Assembly: GCA_037310415.1 (NCBI GenBank)
Contig: CP147780.1
Span: 1,920,001 to 1,984,000 of the forward strand
From: Candidatus Atabeyarchaeum deiterrae
GTDB taxonomy: Archaea > Asgardarchaeota > Atabeyarchaeia > Atabeyarchaeales > Atabeyarchaeaceae
Length of the DNA: 64,000 nt
Direction: 5' to 3'
Position numbers and translations under genes: made by a program. The notes under the pieces were generated by a model. That model ran no database searches. It had not been told where the DNA came from and saw only the letters and a program-made list of their open reading frames with translations. Shown here piece by piece: positions 39,368 through 49,540 of this stretch (position 1 is the first letter of the stretch; each line of letters opens with the position of its first letter).

Positions 39368-40678
39368 CTAACCCATGCTGCTTGATTCCTTCGGAAAGAT
39401 TGGAAACGTGATTCCTCCCACCGGGAATATCAACACGCCGGCCTTGTTTCCCACTATGTCCCTGACTTGCGCTATCGCGTCACTGATCTTGGGGTAGTTC
39501 CTTATGTACATACTACCCGCCTGTTGGTCTGTCACTCCCGGAGAAGAGAGAACCACGTTATTACTCCTTAGTACTGAGACCCACAGGTACGAGTTACACC
39601 ATTCTTCTATGGGAACATTCAATGTTTCAATCAGCTTCGCAACATCTGCATCCTTTAGCCCGCGAACAAACTTGATGAAGTCCTCGGATTTCATGATCGG
39701 TTTCGGCAACGTTACTGTGCCAGCGCCTTCTGGGCAGGGTGAGATGCATAGAATCGTCCCGTTTTCCTTTGTGGCTTGCATTGTGTTTATTATTGACTTA
39801 CCTGACTGCCTAATGTCTATGTCTAACGGAAAAGCGCTTGTGATTACGATGTCTGCGCGAGCAGGAACGTCAACGCCATATATTTCGGACGCTACTTTGA
39901 CGCCTTCTCTGTGTGCTAAAATAGGATCGCCTGCAACGACCTTCACGATCTCCTTCTTATCGTTTAGAACCGTGTTCACTATGAAATCTAAGCCGCAGAT
40001 TTTTCCAGCTTCTTCTAGGTCCTTTCTAACAGGGTTCTCCTCAGGCGAAACACCTATCTGTGACCTAGGCTTTGTGACGAGTTTGTGGTTTGACATGATC
40101 GTATTTATGCCAGTTATTCCTGGCAGAACAGCTTTGTGTCCGCCACCGAAACCAGCAAAAACATGCGGTTCAATTGTCCCAAGAGCTATCTTCAGGTCAG
40201 CCTCATAGTATTCTCTATTGACAGCGATGGGTGTTCCGAAGGATGTCTTGCCTAGTTCAATGAGATCGTTTTGCAGGTCAGAGTTTATTGCCCGTATTCT
40301 TGGTATAATGTTCCTTCCAAGTCGTGCCTCCATATCCAAGGCTTCAAGTTTTCTGTGAATCGCGCAGCCGAATATCACAAACATCTTTTCAGTGTTTGCT
40401 CCCGCACCAAGTAATTCATCAAGCAGCTTTGGCATTATTTTGCTGATCGGGGTCGGTCTACTTATGTCATCGACTATTATGGCTATCTTTTTGTTCCTCG
40501 TAACTAGTTCGGATAGTCTCTTGGATCCGATTGGCCGCTCAATAGACATCTTGATTTCCTTCTCCTCGTCTGGGACCTTTGATGCAGGCTTTGGTGCCGC
40601 AGACTTCAAGATTTCCCATCCTTTCGGTAGGTCAAAGCCTATCTTGCTGCTGCCGAAAGGGACTTCGCATCGCACCAT
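39368..40678 (-). CDS. larA: LarA-family nickel-pincer-dependent 2-hydroxy-acid racemase/epimerase
   Basis: DDISRPTP, IHR, EPHVFAGFGGGHKAVLPG, NH and QSGK motifs. Confidence 0.85.
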   Translation of the reverse strand: MVRCEVPFGSSKIGFDLPKGWEILKSAAPKPASKVPDEEKEIKMSIERPIGSKRLSELVTRNKKIAIIVDDISRPTPISKIMPKLLDELLGAGANTEKMFVIFGCAIHRKLEALDMEARLGRNIIPRIRAINSDLQNDLIELGKTSFGTPIAVNREYYEADLKIALGTIEPHVFAGFGGGHKAVLPGITGINTIMSNHKLVTKPRSQIGVSPEENPVRKDLEEAGKICGLDFIVNTVLNDKKEIVKVVAGDPILAHREGVKVASEIYGVDVPARADIVITSAFPLDIDIRQSGKSIINTMQATKENGTILCISPCPEGAGTVTLPKPIMKSEDFIKFVRGLKDADVAKLIETLNVPIEEWCNSYLWVSVLRSNNVVLSSPGVTDQQAGSMYIRNYPKISDAIAQVRDIVGNKAGVLIFPVGGITFPIFPKESSSMG

Positions 40679-40716
40679 TTACGGGTCACCAGCATGCTCC
40701 AGAAGCAAATAGAGTT

Positions 40717-41415
40717 TCATGGGAGTGGGACTTCTTTCTCGAGTTCCGAGAAGTCCTTTCTACCCTTCTTAACCTGTTCAAACCACCAAGAGTCTGCCTT
40801 AGCCAGCTCCTTGGCTTTCTTGATTATTCTCTCTGCATGTTCGGGTGGGATTACAACAACGCCATTTTGATCTCCGAATACCATGTCGTTGGGCCGGACC
40901 GTTTGTCCACCACACTTTACGACTGTCTGTAGCTCGGTTATTTTCATTCTTCCCCTGATGGATGTTGCGACTCGTCCTCTGGCCCACATTGGAAACCTGA
41001 GTTCGACGACTTGAGCTATGTCTCTCACGGCACCATCAACCACAGCGCCAACGACACCTTTCTGTATCAACATTGATGAGGTGACTTGGCCAAGTAGCCC
41101 CGCTGGCATCACGTCAGAGGAGTCAATGACAATGAAGTGTCCTGGTACTATCTTGTCGGCGAGCTTAAGAATGTCCATGACCATCTGCTCTCGAAATACT
41201 TCACCCCGCTCAAGCGGAGCGAACTTTAGTGTTGCAGCGATGCCGGCTGTCTTCGCTCCAGGCCAGACTTCTTGGATCCCTTGATCCATCAACATAGGTT
41301 TGATCCCTAGAGTATCACAGGCATCGCAAATCGCGGGTACATATAGCTTCTTTAGTTCCTCCAAAAGAGACTTGTTAATTGAGGGCTGGACGGTTGAATC
41401 AAACTTGACGGACAA
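40717..41415 (-). CDS. RraA/HMG aldolase family protein
   Basis: ICDACD, G.V.DGAVRD and PNDMVFGDQNGVVVIP motifs. Confidence 0.88.
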   Translation of the reverse strand: MSVKFDSTVQPSINKSLLEELKKLYVPAICDACDTLGIKPMLMDQGIQEVWPGAKTAGIAATLKFAPLERGEVFREQMVMDILKLADKIVPGHFIVIDSSDVMPAGLLGQVTSSMLIQKGVVGAVVDGAVRDIAQVVELRFPMWARGRVATSIRGRMKITELQTVVKCGGQTVRPNDMVFGDQNGVVVIPPEHAERIIKKAKELAKADSWWFEQVKKGRKDFSELEKEVPLP

Positions 41416-41468
41416 AGGCTATTCTACCCTCCTTGGTGAGGACAATAACTCTGCGTTATCTCCTTTAT

Positions 41469-43376
41469 TTAGATGAGGTTAGCAACTTGCTTTGCTGCTT
41501 CATCTAACCCCAGTTCCACTAGCTTCTTGGGTGTTGGTATGCCGTTGCTGTTCCAGCCGCGGCAACCATAGTACTCATCAAGCATTCTCTCGACGTCAGA
41601 AACTTTGCCTGCTGCTGGTCCCTCTTTCTTTGGCTCCATTAGCCTCTTTGGAAGCCTGTCATCTTTTCTTCGGATACCACACAGAACGTTGAAACATCGC
41701 TCGAGATTGGTTATGCGCTCGCCTACTTTCATGAGGTCGGATACCTTCGTTTCATGACCGGTCAGCAATGTATAGTGCTCTGCGAGGGTCGTTAGAACTG
41801 GCTTGGGCCATCTCTCGCTTGGAGTAGTTGCAGGGTGATGACATATCCCAATACTGTTGGCTATCTCGGCGATGTCTTGTCCTAATGCAACCAGTTTAGG
41901 CTTTCCTTCATACGAGAAGTGAGAGGTCCCCTTCTTATAGTCAGTCACTTCAGGGTAACTTACTGCCCAGTATAAGCAAATATCCTCAACCCTTGAGTGC
42001 AGGTGGCATGCTCCTCTGTTCACCACTGCGTACTGCAGCGCTAATCCAACTTCTGCTCTTGGGTCATGCATTGAGGCTTCTAGCCCTTTCACGTCAGTTG
42101 TAAGACTCTCTGCGCCTCTTCCTATGATATTTGCCGCTCTCCTTGAACCTTCTGCTAAGACCGCCCCGAAACCGCTTCTGTGAGCGATTTTTCCTATCAT
42201 CTCTATTACCGATTCAGCGTTGCCCCAAGTCAACTCAATTCCATATGTGTCGGTTTCACTTATTATCCCGCGTTCATAACCTTCCATGGCAAAGGCTATG
42301 GCAGAGCCGCACGTGATCGTGTCGACCCCATACTCGTCACACAGTTGGTTGCATTTACAGATAGCTTCGATCGGAGTGAGCAGGCACATCGTTCCGAAGG
42401 CTCCTATGGTTTCATACTCCGGTCCCCTCACATTCTCTCCCACAGCGAACGGTCCCTCCTTCACAGTAACTGCTCTCCTGCAACCCAATGGGCAATTATA
42501 GCAGTACTCAACATTTGTGGTAATCTTTTTCAGAGCCTCAAGATCCACGCGCCTAAGATCCTTCCATTTCCCAAGGGAGAAGTTTTTAATCGCTAGACTA
42601 CCAAAGCTGTCTGCTACAGGGATTACTGCGGCGGTTCCATAATCGTGAAAGAAGGCCGTAGAACTGACTCTCTTACTGAGGACGTCATCCCTTACTGCTT
42701 TGAATATCTCGAGTGCGCTTTCATTGAATTTCTCTGAAGCTACCGGCACATGCTTGTCTCCTCTCACGGCTATCGCTTTAAGGTTCTTGGAACCCATGAC
42801 GGCGCCCATGCCTGTTCTCCCAGCAGCGCATCCTTTGTCATTAATTATGCTAGCATATCTTACCAGGTTCTCACCGGCGGGACCAATACATGCAACCCTC
42901 AATTTCTTGTCTCCAACATCACTTCGTATGGCATCCTGAGTTTCGGTTGTAGTTCTGCCCCAGACATCCTTGGCATCGGCAATCCTGTTCTCATTGTTTG
43001 TGATGTACAGGTAGACTGGCGTCTGAGCTTTTCCTTCGATTATTATCCCATCGTGCCCCGTAAATCTGAGTTCTGGCCCCCAAAAGCCTGATGCCGTCGC
43101 ATGACCCCATATGCCGGTTAGTGGTGACTTCGATGCTACGGCGTACCTGTTACCGGCTGGGAAACTTGTTCCACAAAATGGTCCTGCTGCAAAGATCAAC
43201 TTGTTCTCCTTAGATAGCGGATCAACATCCCATCCTATCTCGTCGTAAACGTAGTGCGCAGCAAACCCACTCCCACCTATGAACTTCAGAGCAAAATCAT
43301 CTTTGATCGGCTCGTCGGTTATCTTCCGAGCTGACAAGTCTACTCGGAGCATCTTTCCAAAATAGCCGCCTTTCAT
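41469..43376 (-). CDS. aor: Tungsten aldehyde:ferredoxin oxidoreductase family protein
   Basis: SKSPLTG, CIGPAGEN, AAGRTGMGAVMGSKNLKA, CYNCPLGC, GPEYET, DPR and RGACH. Confidence 0.92.
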   Translation of the reverse strand: MKGGYFGKMLRVDLSARKITDEPIKDDFALKFIGGSGFAAHYVYDEIGWDVDPLSKENKLIFAAGPFCGTSFPAGNRYAVASKSPLTGIWGHATASGFWGPELRFTGHDGIIIEGKAQTPVYLYITNNENRIADAKDVWGRTTTETQDAIRSDVGDKKLRVACIGPAGENLVRYASIINDKGCAAGRTGMGAVMGSKNLKAIAVRGDKHVPVASEKFNESALEIFKAVRDDVLSKRVSSTAFFHDYGTAAVIPVADSFGSLAIKNFSLGKWKDLRRVDLEALKKITTNVEYCYNCPLGCRRAVTVKEGPFAVGENVRGPEYETIGAFGTMCLLTPIEAICKCNQLCDEYGVDTITCGSAIAFAMEGYERGIISETDTYGIELTWGNAESVIEMIGKIAHRSGFGAVLAEGSRRAANIIGRGAESLTTDVKGLEASMHDPRAEVGLALQYAVVNRGACHLHSRVEDICLYWAVSYPEVTDYKKGTSHFSYEGKPKLVALGQDIAEIANSIGICHHPATTPSERWPKPVLTTLAEHYTLLTGHETKVSDLMKVGERITNLERCFNVLCGIRRKDDRLPKRLMEPKKEGPAAGKVSDVERMLDEYYGCRGWNSNGIPTPKKLVELGLDEAAKQVANLI

Positions 43377-43571
43377 CAGACTACTTTCCTCCTGTTCTCA
43401 AATGAGTCTTTGTTTAGGTTACTTCCTCCGAATATAAAAGCAACCGCCTCTAGCTTCTGACCCCGTCGCATCAACTGATTCCGATGGAACGGTAAGTTGA
43501 GCACTAGGCAATGGTAACCTATATTAGTCTCCTCAAAACATACCGAGCGGACTAGGAGGAGACAGGAAGGG

Positions 43572-44981
43572 TTGTCAAAAGATAAATCAAAGAAAACTAA
43601 GGAATTAAGTATACCTGGCAGAGGACGAACAAACGCAATCATGAACCTCGCCAACATCACCGACGCCGCTGATGGACAGATTTTTCCCGCAGTCTACAAG
43701 AACGTGCAAGATGAATTCGCCGCTAGAACTCCATCGCAAACATTGGGCTTCGCATCGCTCGGCTTAATCACAGCGTCGAGATCAATTCTCCAGTCAGTTT
43801 CGACACCATTGTGGGGATGGTGGAGCGACAGGCACTCAAGGAAGAAGATTCTTGCAATCGGGTGCTGGTTCTGGGCAATATTCACTATGTTGACGGCACT
43901 GTCAGTAGGATACGTTGACATGCTATTGTGGCGAACTGTAACAGGGATCGGCCTCGCCGCAATTATCCCAACTACAGGCTCGCTAGTCACGGACTACTTT
44001 TCGCCCGAAAAGAGAGGCAGAGCCTTCGGAGTGCTGGGTCTTACGGGAGGAATGGGAGCCTTAATTGGCACCCTCTTCATGACGTTGTCGATACCCGAGG
44101 ATCCGCACGTATTGATCTACGGCATGGTCGGTTGGAGGTTCGGCTTCATCGTCGTGGCGATAGCAACTGTAATCATTGGAGTGCTCGTGTGGGCACTCGT
44201 GAAGGACCCGCTGCGTGGTGGACTTGAACCTGAGTTAACGAAGATCCTGACTGCACAGAAGGCAGAGAGGTACAAGGTAAAACGCTCAGACTACATTAAG
44301 ATCCTAAAGAAAAGAACGTTCGTCATGATAATGCTTCAAGGAGTTGCTGGAACCATCCCCTGGTCAGGATCGATCCTATGGATGATAGCATGGTTCGAAA
44401 TCATTGGATTCTCAGCTCCCGTTGCTGGAATAATGTTCCTATTCCTAGCCATAGGCGGCTCCACAGGAGTCGCTTTTGGAGGCTGGATTGGAGACAGAGC
44501 AGCAAGATGGCGTCCAAACAGTGGCAGAATCATCGTGGCGCAGATATCAGTTCTTACAGGTATAATCCTAAGTTTCGTGATCTTCATGTTGATTCCAAGA
44601 ACCACCGATTCGTTCTCCCTCTACACTCTCTTTGGGTTCATTATGGGTCTACTCATAACTTGGGCTGGCCCAGCAAACAACGCAATATTCAGCGAAATCT
44701 TCGAGCCCGAGATTAGAGGCTCGGTCTTCTCAGTCGATCGCGTATTCGAAGGCTCAGTCGGGGCAGCGGGAACACTATTGGTCGGTCTCTTTGCAGACTA
44801 CCTTCTAACTAGCGGAGCTCCCAATGCAGCGACCGCACTGGGCAACTCGATGTTTGCGATCGCTGTGATTCCATGGATTGCCTGCCTGATCTTATACTCA
44901 CTAGTATACAAGAGTTATCCAAAGGACAAGGCAACGCTCAGACAGACTATGGAAAACAGAAGAAAGGAACTGGAGAAATAG
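43572..44981 (+). CDS. MFS transporter (spinster-like)
   Basis: About 12 TM; WGWWSDRHSRKK motif A; DYFSPEKRGRAFG. Confidence 0.9.
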   Translation: MSKDKSKKTKELSIPGRGRTNAIMNLANITDAADGQIFPAVYKNVQDEFAARTPSQTLGFASLGLITASRSILQSVSTPLWGWWSDRHSRKKILAIGCWFWAIFTMLTALSVGYVDMLLWRTVTGIGLAAIIPTTGSLVTDYFSPEKRGRAFGVLGLTGGMGALIGTLFMTLSIPEDPHVLIYGMVGWRFGFIVVAIATVIIGVLVWALVKDPLRGGLEPELTKILTAQKAERYKVKRSDYIKILKKRTFVMIMLQGVAGTIPWSGSILWMIAWFEIIGFSAPVAGIMFLFLAIGGSTGVAFGGWIGDRAARWRPNSGRIIVAQISVLTGIILSFVIFMLIPRTTDSFSLYTLFGFIMGLLITWAGPANNAIFSEIFEPEIRGSVFSVDRVFEGSVGAAGTLLVGLFADYLLTSGAPNAATALGNSMFAIAVIPWIACLILYSLVYKSYPKDKATLRQTMENRRKELEK

Positions 44982-45042
44982 GACACGACAGTAACTCGGT
45001 TCCACATCTTTCTTTTTTTGTGCATGCAAGCGTCCGCTCGTC

Positions 45043-45672
45043 TCAACCTTCAAACAAAGCCCTTATGTGTCTAACACCTTCCACTGCATTTGCCGCATAA
45101 TCGTCTGCACCTAGTGCTTTTGCAAGTTCCATGTTCAGTGATGCGCCACCAGCAATAATCTTGACCTTGTCTCGGAGGCCTGCATCCCTCAGAGCCTTGT
45201 CGACTGAAGATATCTCATTTACTGTCGTGCTGAGCAGAGTGCTCAGAGCCACAACCCTAGCGCTTGACTCTCTCACGGCTTGAACTATCTTCTCCTTGTC
45301 ACAATCGACCCCTAAATCAATGATGTTGAACCCTGTCGACATCAACACCGAAATCAAAATGCTTTTTCCGATATCGTGACTGTCTCCTTTCACAGTTGCC
45401 ACGACGATTGTCTCATTCCTGCCTGCCTCTCCAGACTTTAGGTGTGGTGTGAGTACGGCGACGGCTTCCTTCATCGCCTCGCCTGCTGAGACAAGTTCGA
45501 CGAGGAAGTATTCCATTGTTTCGTATAGGCGTCCCACTTCATTCATACCTGCCGAGAGGGCCGTAAGGATGTCCTGGGGATTAGCGCCTGCATCAAGTTC
45601 TGCTTGGACTGCACTACCGATATGGTCGACGTTCAGTTCGACAAGCATCTTAGTTATCTTCTCTAGCGTCAC
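45043..45672 (-). CDS. Corrinoid (B12-binding) methyltransferase protein, MtaC/MttC-like
   Basis: Helical cap (GMNEVGRLYE..YFL), GDSHDIGK (DxHxxG), LGVD, IAGGA and GADDYA. Confidence 0.92.
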   Translation of the reverse strand: MTLEKITKMLVELNVDHIGSAVQAELDAGANPQDILTALSAGMNEVGRLYETMEYFLVELVSAGEAMKEAVAVLTPHLKSGEAGRNETIVVATVKGDSHDIGKSILISVLMSTGFNIIDLGVDCDKEKIVQAVRESSARVVALSTLLSTTVNEISSVDKALRDAGLRDKVKIIAGGASLNMELAKALGADDYAANAVEGVRHIRALFEG

Positions 45673-45809
45673 TTGAAGACACTTCCTGTCCCATGAAGGT
45701 CTCCCGATAACCACATACTTTATCTTTACGATATCTGCATACTACTTCCCCAGATTCATACCTAAGAGGTTTGCTTTCCGAGAAGTCACGGACACAGGAA
45801 GTGGATGCG

Positions 45810-48500
45810 ATGACGAAATCTGAGAAACCCTTCGGTTCAGGCTACTTTGGTGAGTGGATTGAGGATGAATTCGGGCTACCAGCATATCGCTACACCTGCA
45901 ATCAGATTAACGATCCGAAAGCAGCAACCCCGATGAATGAAACTTGGCGTATTAAAACTGATCACGTTCATCAGGTTGGAAATGACAGGCTCGTGGGCGT
46001 CGCGTCCAACTATGGACACGTACAGGTTCGACAAGACGAGGGCAGCCCCAAGTTCCTAAATGATTACGACCCAGATCACCTGCAATTTGCGGGTGGATTT
46101 GGCTACCTAACAGATGGAACGAACACGCTGAGTACATATTACCCAGGGAACGCGGAGTCATTCGACCGCATATTTGGAGTTGGATACTATAGAAAGACTG
46201 TAAAGGGAAACGGCCTAGTAGCCGATCAAATCATCTTTGCCCCTTATGGCGACGACCCCTTGCTCATCTCCCAAGTGACAGTAAAGAACGAACGGGAAGA
46301 ACCCACTGATCTGATATGGATTGAGTACTGGGGCTGCCAAATCTACCAATTCTCATACAAGTCTACGATGATGTCAGTTGCCACAAAACGACCTCCAATG
46401 GAGTCTCGGCGAAGACTCGGCAGGCGTTTTGAACACGAGATTAGCACGATTCTAAAGAACCACGTGCTGGTCGACAAGAAGCGTTTCACAAACCGTGACC
46501 AGGCTGACGAGCAAACTTGGAAGCTTCTCAACCAATACTTGGCTACCCCAGCTGGAAAAGCGCTCACTGGTGGACCAGTAGAGTCGCCGGTCAAAGAGGC
46601 GGTTCTTGAAGACTTGTCTCCTCCAACAGTCTTCCTTGCATCCTTGGATGCACCCTTCGATGGCTTTGCTGTCGATGCCTCGTCCTTCTTCGGGAAAGGT
46701 GGTGTGAAGGCCCCTGACGGTCTGAAGAAGCCCTTAAGTCAGCATGCTGCGACTCCAAACGCCGAGAAGGGATTGTTCATCGAGCGTAAGCTTCACTTGA
46801 ACTCCAGAGAAAGCAAGACAATGTGCTTCGCTTTTGGGTATCAGCCTGAGGGACCCGAGCTTCACACACTCCTACTCAAGTACGAGCACGACTCGGCAGG
46901 TCTGCTTCGCCATTCGAGCGAACGCTGGAAGAGTGACCGAATCAAGCTTGAACTGGAGGACGACCGCTGGGTCGATCGTGAGCTCACGTGGCACAATTAC
47001 TACCTTAGAAGCAATCTCACATTTGACAGCTTCTTCAAAGAACATATCCTATCCCAAGGCCACGTCTACCAGTATATTATAGGGTTTCAAGGAGCCGCCC
47101 GCGACCCTCTTCAGCATGCCTTGCCGTTCGTCTACAGTGAACCAGAGATCGTCAAGAATATTATCCGATACACTCTAAAAACTGTGACTCCTGAAGGGAG
47201 AATCCCCTATGGCATCGCGGGTAGCGGAATGTACATGCCGGCGCCATTCAAGCCGAGCGATCAAGAAATGTGGATGCTCTGGTTGGCAAGCGAGTATGTT
47301 CTGGCGACGCGAGACCTGAAGTTTCTGAATGAGGAGGTTCCAACTTATCCACTGTACGGTCCAAAAGCAGGGCGGGCGCGAGTAAAAGATCTTCTGCAAC
47401 TCTGTTACCGACACTTGGCTGAACACATTGGGACTGGGAAACATGGGCTGCAGCGTTTGAGCAACGGTGATTGGAATGATGCCGTGGTTGTCGGTTTCGT
47501 CCCAGAGAAGCAGCGAGACGCCGTCGCAGAAGTTGGAGAGAGCGTTCTAAACGCAGCGATGGCAAGCTACGCTCTAGAAATCTATTCCCGACTGCTAAGC
47601 TATGCCGGAGAGGCGAAGTTGTCAATTGATTCTCAGAAACGTGCGCAGGCACAACGTGAAGTAGTGCGTTCTCAGTGGACTGGAAAATGGTTCAAGCGCG
47701 CGTGGCTCACCGAAGAACTTGGATGGATTGGCGTTGAAGAAATGTGGCTAGAACCACAACCCTGGGCTATTATAGGCAGAGCAGCCGACGCAAGACAAGC
47801 GAAAACGCTAGTACGATCCATCGACGATGCTGTACGAAAACCATCAAAAACAGGAGCCATCATTCTCAATAAACCAGTCAAAAACATGCAAGGAGCTCCT
47901 GGTACCGGCACAAATGCAGGTATTTGGCCATCAATAAACGGCACACTCATATGGGCTTTGGCGCTTGTGGACCGCGATCTAGCATGGGACGAATGGAAGA
48001 AGAACACGCTCGCAATGCACGCCGAAGCATACCCCGACGTATGGTACGGCATTTGGAGCGGACCCGATACATATAACTCAGAATTCTCCAAGACTCCAGG
48101 CCAGGTGGACGTGGAATTGCTGGGCGTGAAATGGACTGACTTTCCAGTGATGAACATGCATCCACATGCATGGCCTCTTTACACGATTGCGAAGCTTATG
48201 GGCGTGGAATTCTCAGTTCAAGGCGTTGATCTTGCGCCATCCCTGCCGAAAGGTAAATTCAGATTCGCTTCACAGCTCCTCGACCTTGAGAAATCAGCTA
48301 CGGGGTACTCGGGCAAGTACGCTCCAAAGCTCAAGGGAACATGGACCATAACGCTCAAACTCGACCAAAAGGAACTTCAGCGAATCTCCAAGTTAGAGAT
48401 AAATGGGACGGGCGGAAAGTTTGTTCGCGAAGGCGACCGCATCGTTTTTCATGGAGAAAGTGAACCCGACAAGCCGCTAAGGTGGGTTCTGGAATATTGA
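45810..48500 (+). CDS. GH94-like glycoside phosphorylase/hydrolase ((alpha/alpha)6 barrel)
   Basis: About 900 aa; QGAARDPLQH, SDQ..W, NGDWND, GESV, Q.WAI and NAGIW motifs; no signal peptide. Confidence 0.75.
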   Translation: MTKSEKPFGSGYFGEWIEDEFGLPAYRYTCNQINDPKAATPMNETWRIKTDHVHQVGNDRLVGVASNYGHVQVRQDEGSPKFLNDYDPDHLQFAGGFGYLTDGTNTLSTYYPGNAESFDRIFGVGYYRKTVKGNGLVADQIIFAPYGDDPLLISQVTVKNEREEPTDLIWIEYWGCQIYQFSYKSTMMSVATKRPPMESRRRLGRRFEHEISTILKNHVLVDKKRFTNRDQADEQTWKLLNQYLATPAGKALTGGPVESPVKEAVLEDLSPPTVFLASLDAPFDGFAVDASSFFGKGGVKAPDGLKKPLSQHAATPNAEKGLFIERKLHLNSRESKTMCFAFGYQPEGPELHTLLLKYEHDSAGLLRHSSERWKSDRIKLELEDDRWVDRELTWHNYYLRSNLTFDSFFKEHILSQGHVYQYIIGFQGAARDPLQHALPFVYSEPEIVKNIIRYTLKTVTPEGRIPYGIAGSGMYMPAPFKPSDQEMWMLWLASEYVLATRDLKFLNEEVPTYPLYGPKAGRARVKDLLQLCYRHLAEHIGTGKHGLQRLSNGDWNDAVVVGFVPEKQRDAVAEVGESVLNAAMASYALEIYSRLLSYAGEAKLSIDSQKRAQAQREVVRSQWTGKWFKRAWLTEELGWIGVEEMWLEPQPWAIIGRAADARQAKTLVRSIDDAVRKPSKTGAIILNKPVKNMQGAPGTGTNAGIWPSINGTLIWALALVDRDLAWDEWKKNTLAMHAEAYPDVWYGIWSGPDTYNSEFSKTPGQVDVELLGVKWTDFPVMNMHPHAWPLYTIAKLMGVEFSVQGVDLAPSLPKGKFRFASQLLDLEKSATGYSGKYAPKLKGTWTITLKLDQKELQRISKLEINGTGGKFVREGDRIVFHGESEPDKPLRWVLEY

Positions 48501-49540
48501 ATTCACGGGATCTCACACTATCTGCTATCGAAGGGGTTCCTGAGAGAGTCCCATTTAACCCATTCATCATGCACCTCGCCGCGACCACTGAGGGGATCAA
48601 CTACAGTCAAGTCTACTGTCGGGACGCGCAGGCGCTTGCTGAAGCGCACATCAAATGTGCAAAGACCTTCGGGATTGACCATGTTAACGTCTCCACAGAC
48701 GCTTACAGGGAAGCCAGCGCTTGGGGAGTTGAGGTCAATTTCTCAGGTCATACTCCAGTTGCATCAAAACAACTAAGTCTTCAAGACTTCGACTCGCTCG
48801 ACAAACCTGATCTCAATGCCGATCAACGAGTTCAGAACCGTGTTGAAGCTGTGAAGCTGCTCGACGCCAAAGTTGGTCATGAGCAGTGCATCGTCGGATG
48901 GATAGAAGCGCCTTTCGCCGAGATCTGTTGCCTCTTCGGCATGATGGAGGTGCTGAAACTAGGACGGAGGTCAGATTGGAATAGTCTGGTCAAAGCACTT
49001 ATGAAACGTATTCTCCCCGTTCAACTTGAGTTCGCTAAGATGCAGATCGAAGCAGGGGCAGACATCATTGGAGCTGGCGACTCTGCCGTCTCCCAAATAG
49101 GTCCCAAGAGATACGGAGAAGCTTGCCTCGAAACTACTCAGGAGCTTTTCCGATCAATTGGAAAGCATGTGCCGGTTCTCTATCATGCGTGCGGAGACAA
49201 CTCAGGCGTAGACAAGGAGGGGCACGATATGCTGAAGCTCCTTGCAAGCTCCGGGGCCTCCATCTTGGATTTAGATTTTCAAGTCAGCCTAGCGAAGGCG
49301 AAAAGTAAGATTGGTGACAGAATATGCATTAGAGGAAACGCAAATACCAGCCTCCTCGGAAATCGGATGTATGGGACCGAGGAAGTCGCCCACGAATTCA
49401 CTCAGACAATAGAAGCTGGAAAACCAAACGGGCGATACATGTTCGCGGCAGGCTGCGAATGGCCGTGGGAACCTCTCGATGTCGTAGCAAGAAACCTAGG
49501 TATCGCCAAGGTCCTCAATGACAGACTGGGGAGATATTGA
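48497..49540 (+). CDS. UroD/MtaA-CmuA family methylcobamide methyltransferase
   Basis: Zn ligands HACG and AAGCE; TTG start overlaps the upstream TGA (TTGA). Confidence 0.85.
   Translation: MNSRDLTLSAIEGVPERVPFNPFIMHLAATTEGINYSQVYCRDAQALAEAHIKCAKTFGIDHVNVSTDAYREASAWGVEVNFSGHTPVASKQLSLQDFDSLDKPDLNADQRVQNRVEAVKLLDAKVGHEQCIVGWIEAPFAEICCLFGMMEVLKLGRRSDWNSLVKALMKRILPVQLEFAKMQIEAGADIIGAGDSAVSQIGPKRYGEACLETTQELFRSIGKHVPVLYHACGDNSGVDKEGHDMLKLLASSGASILDLDFQVSLAKAKSKIGDRICIRGNANTSLLGNRMYGTEEVAHEFTQTIEAGKPNGRYMFAAGCEWPWEPLDVVARNLGIAKVLNDRLGRY

Noticed and set aside
39504-40208. Long antisense ORFs (also 31806-32372, 47672-48157, 1239-1712 and others)
   Set aside because: They are shadow frames of well-supported genes on the opposite strand.
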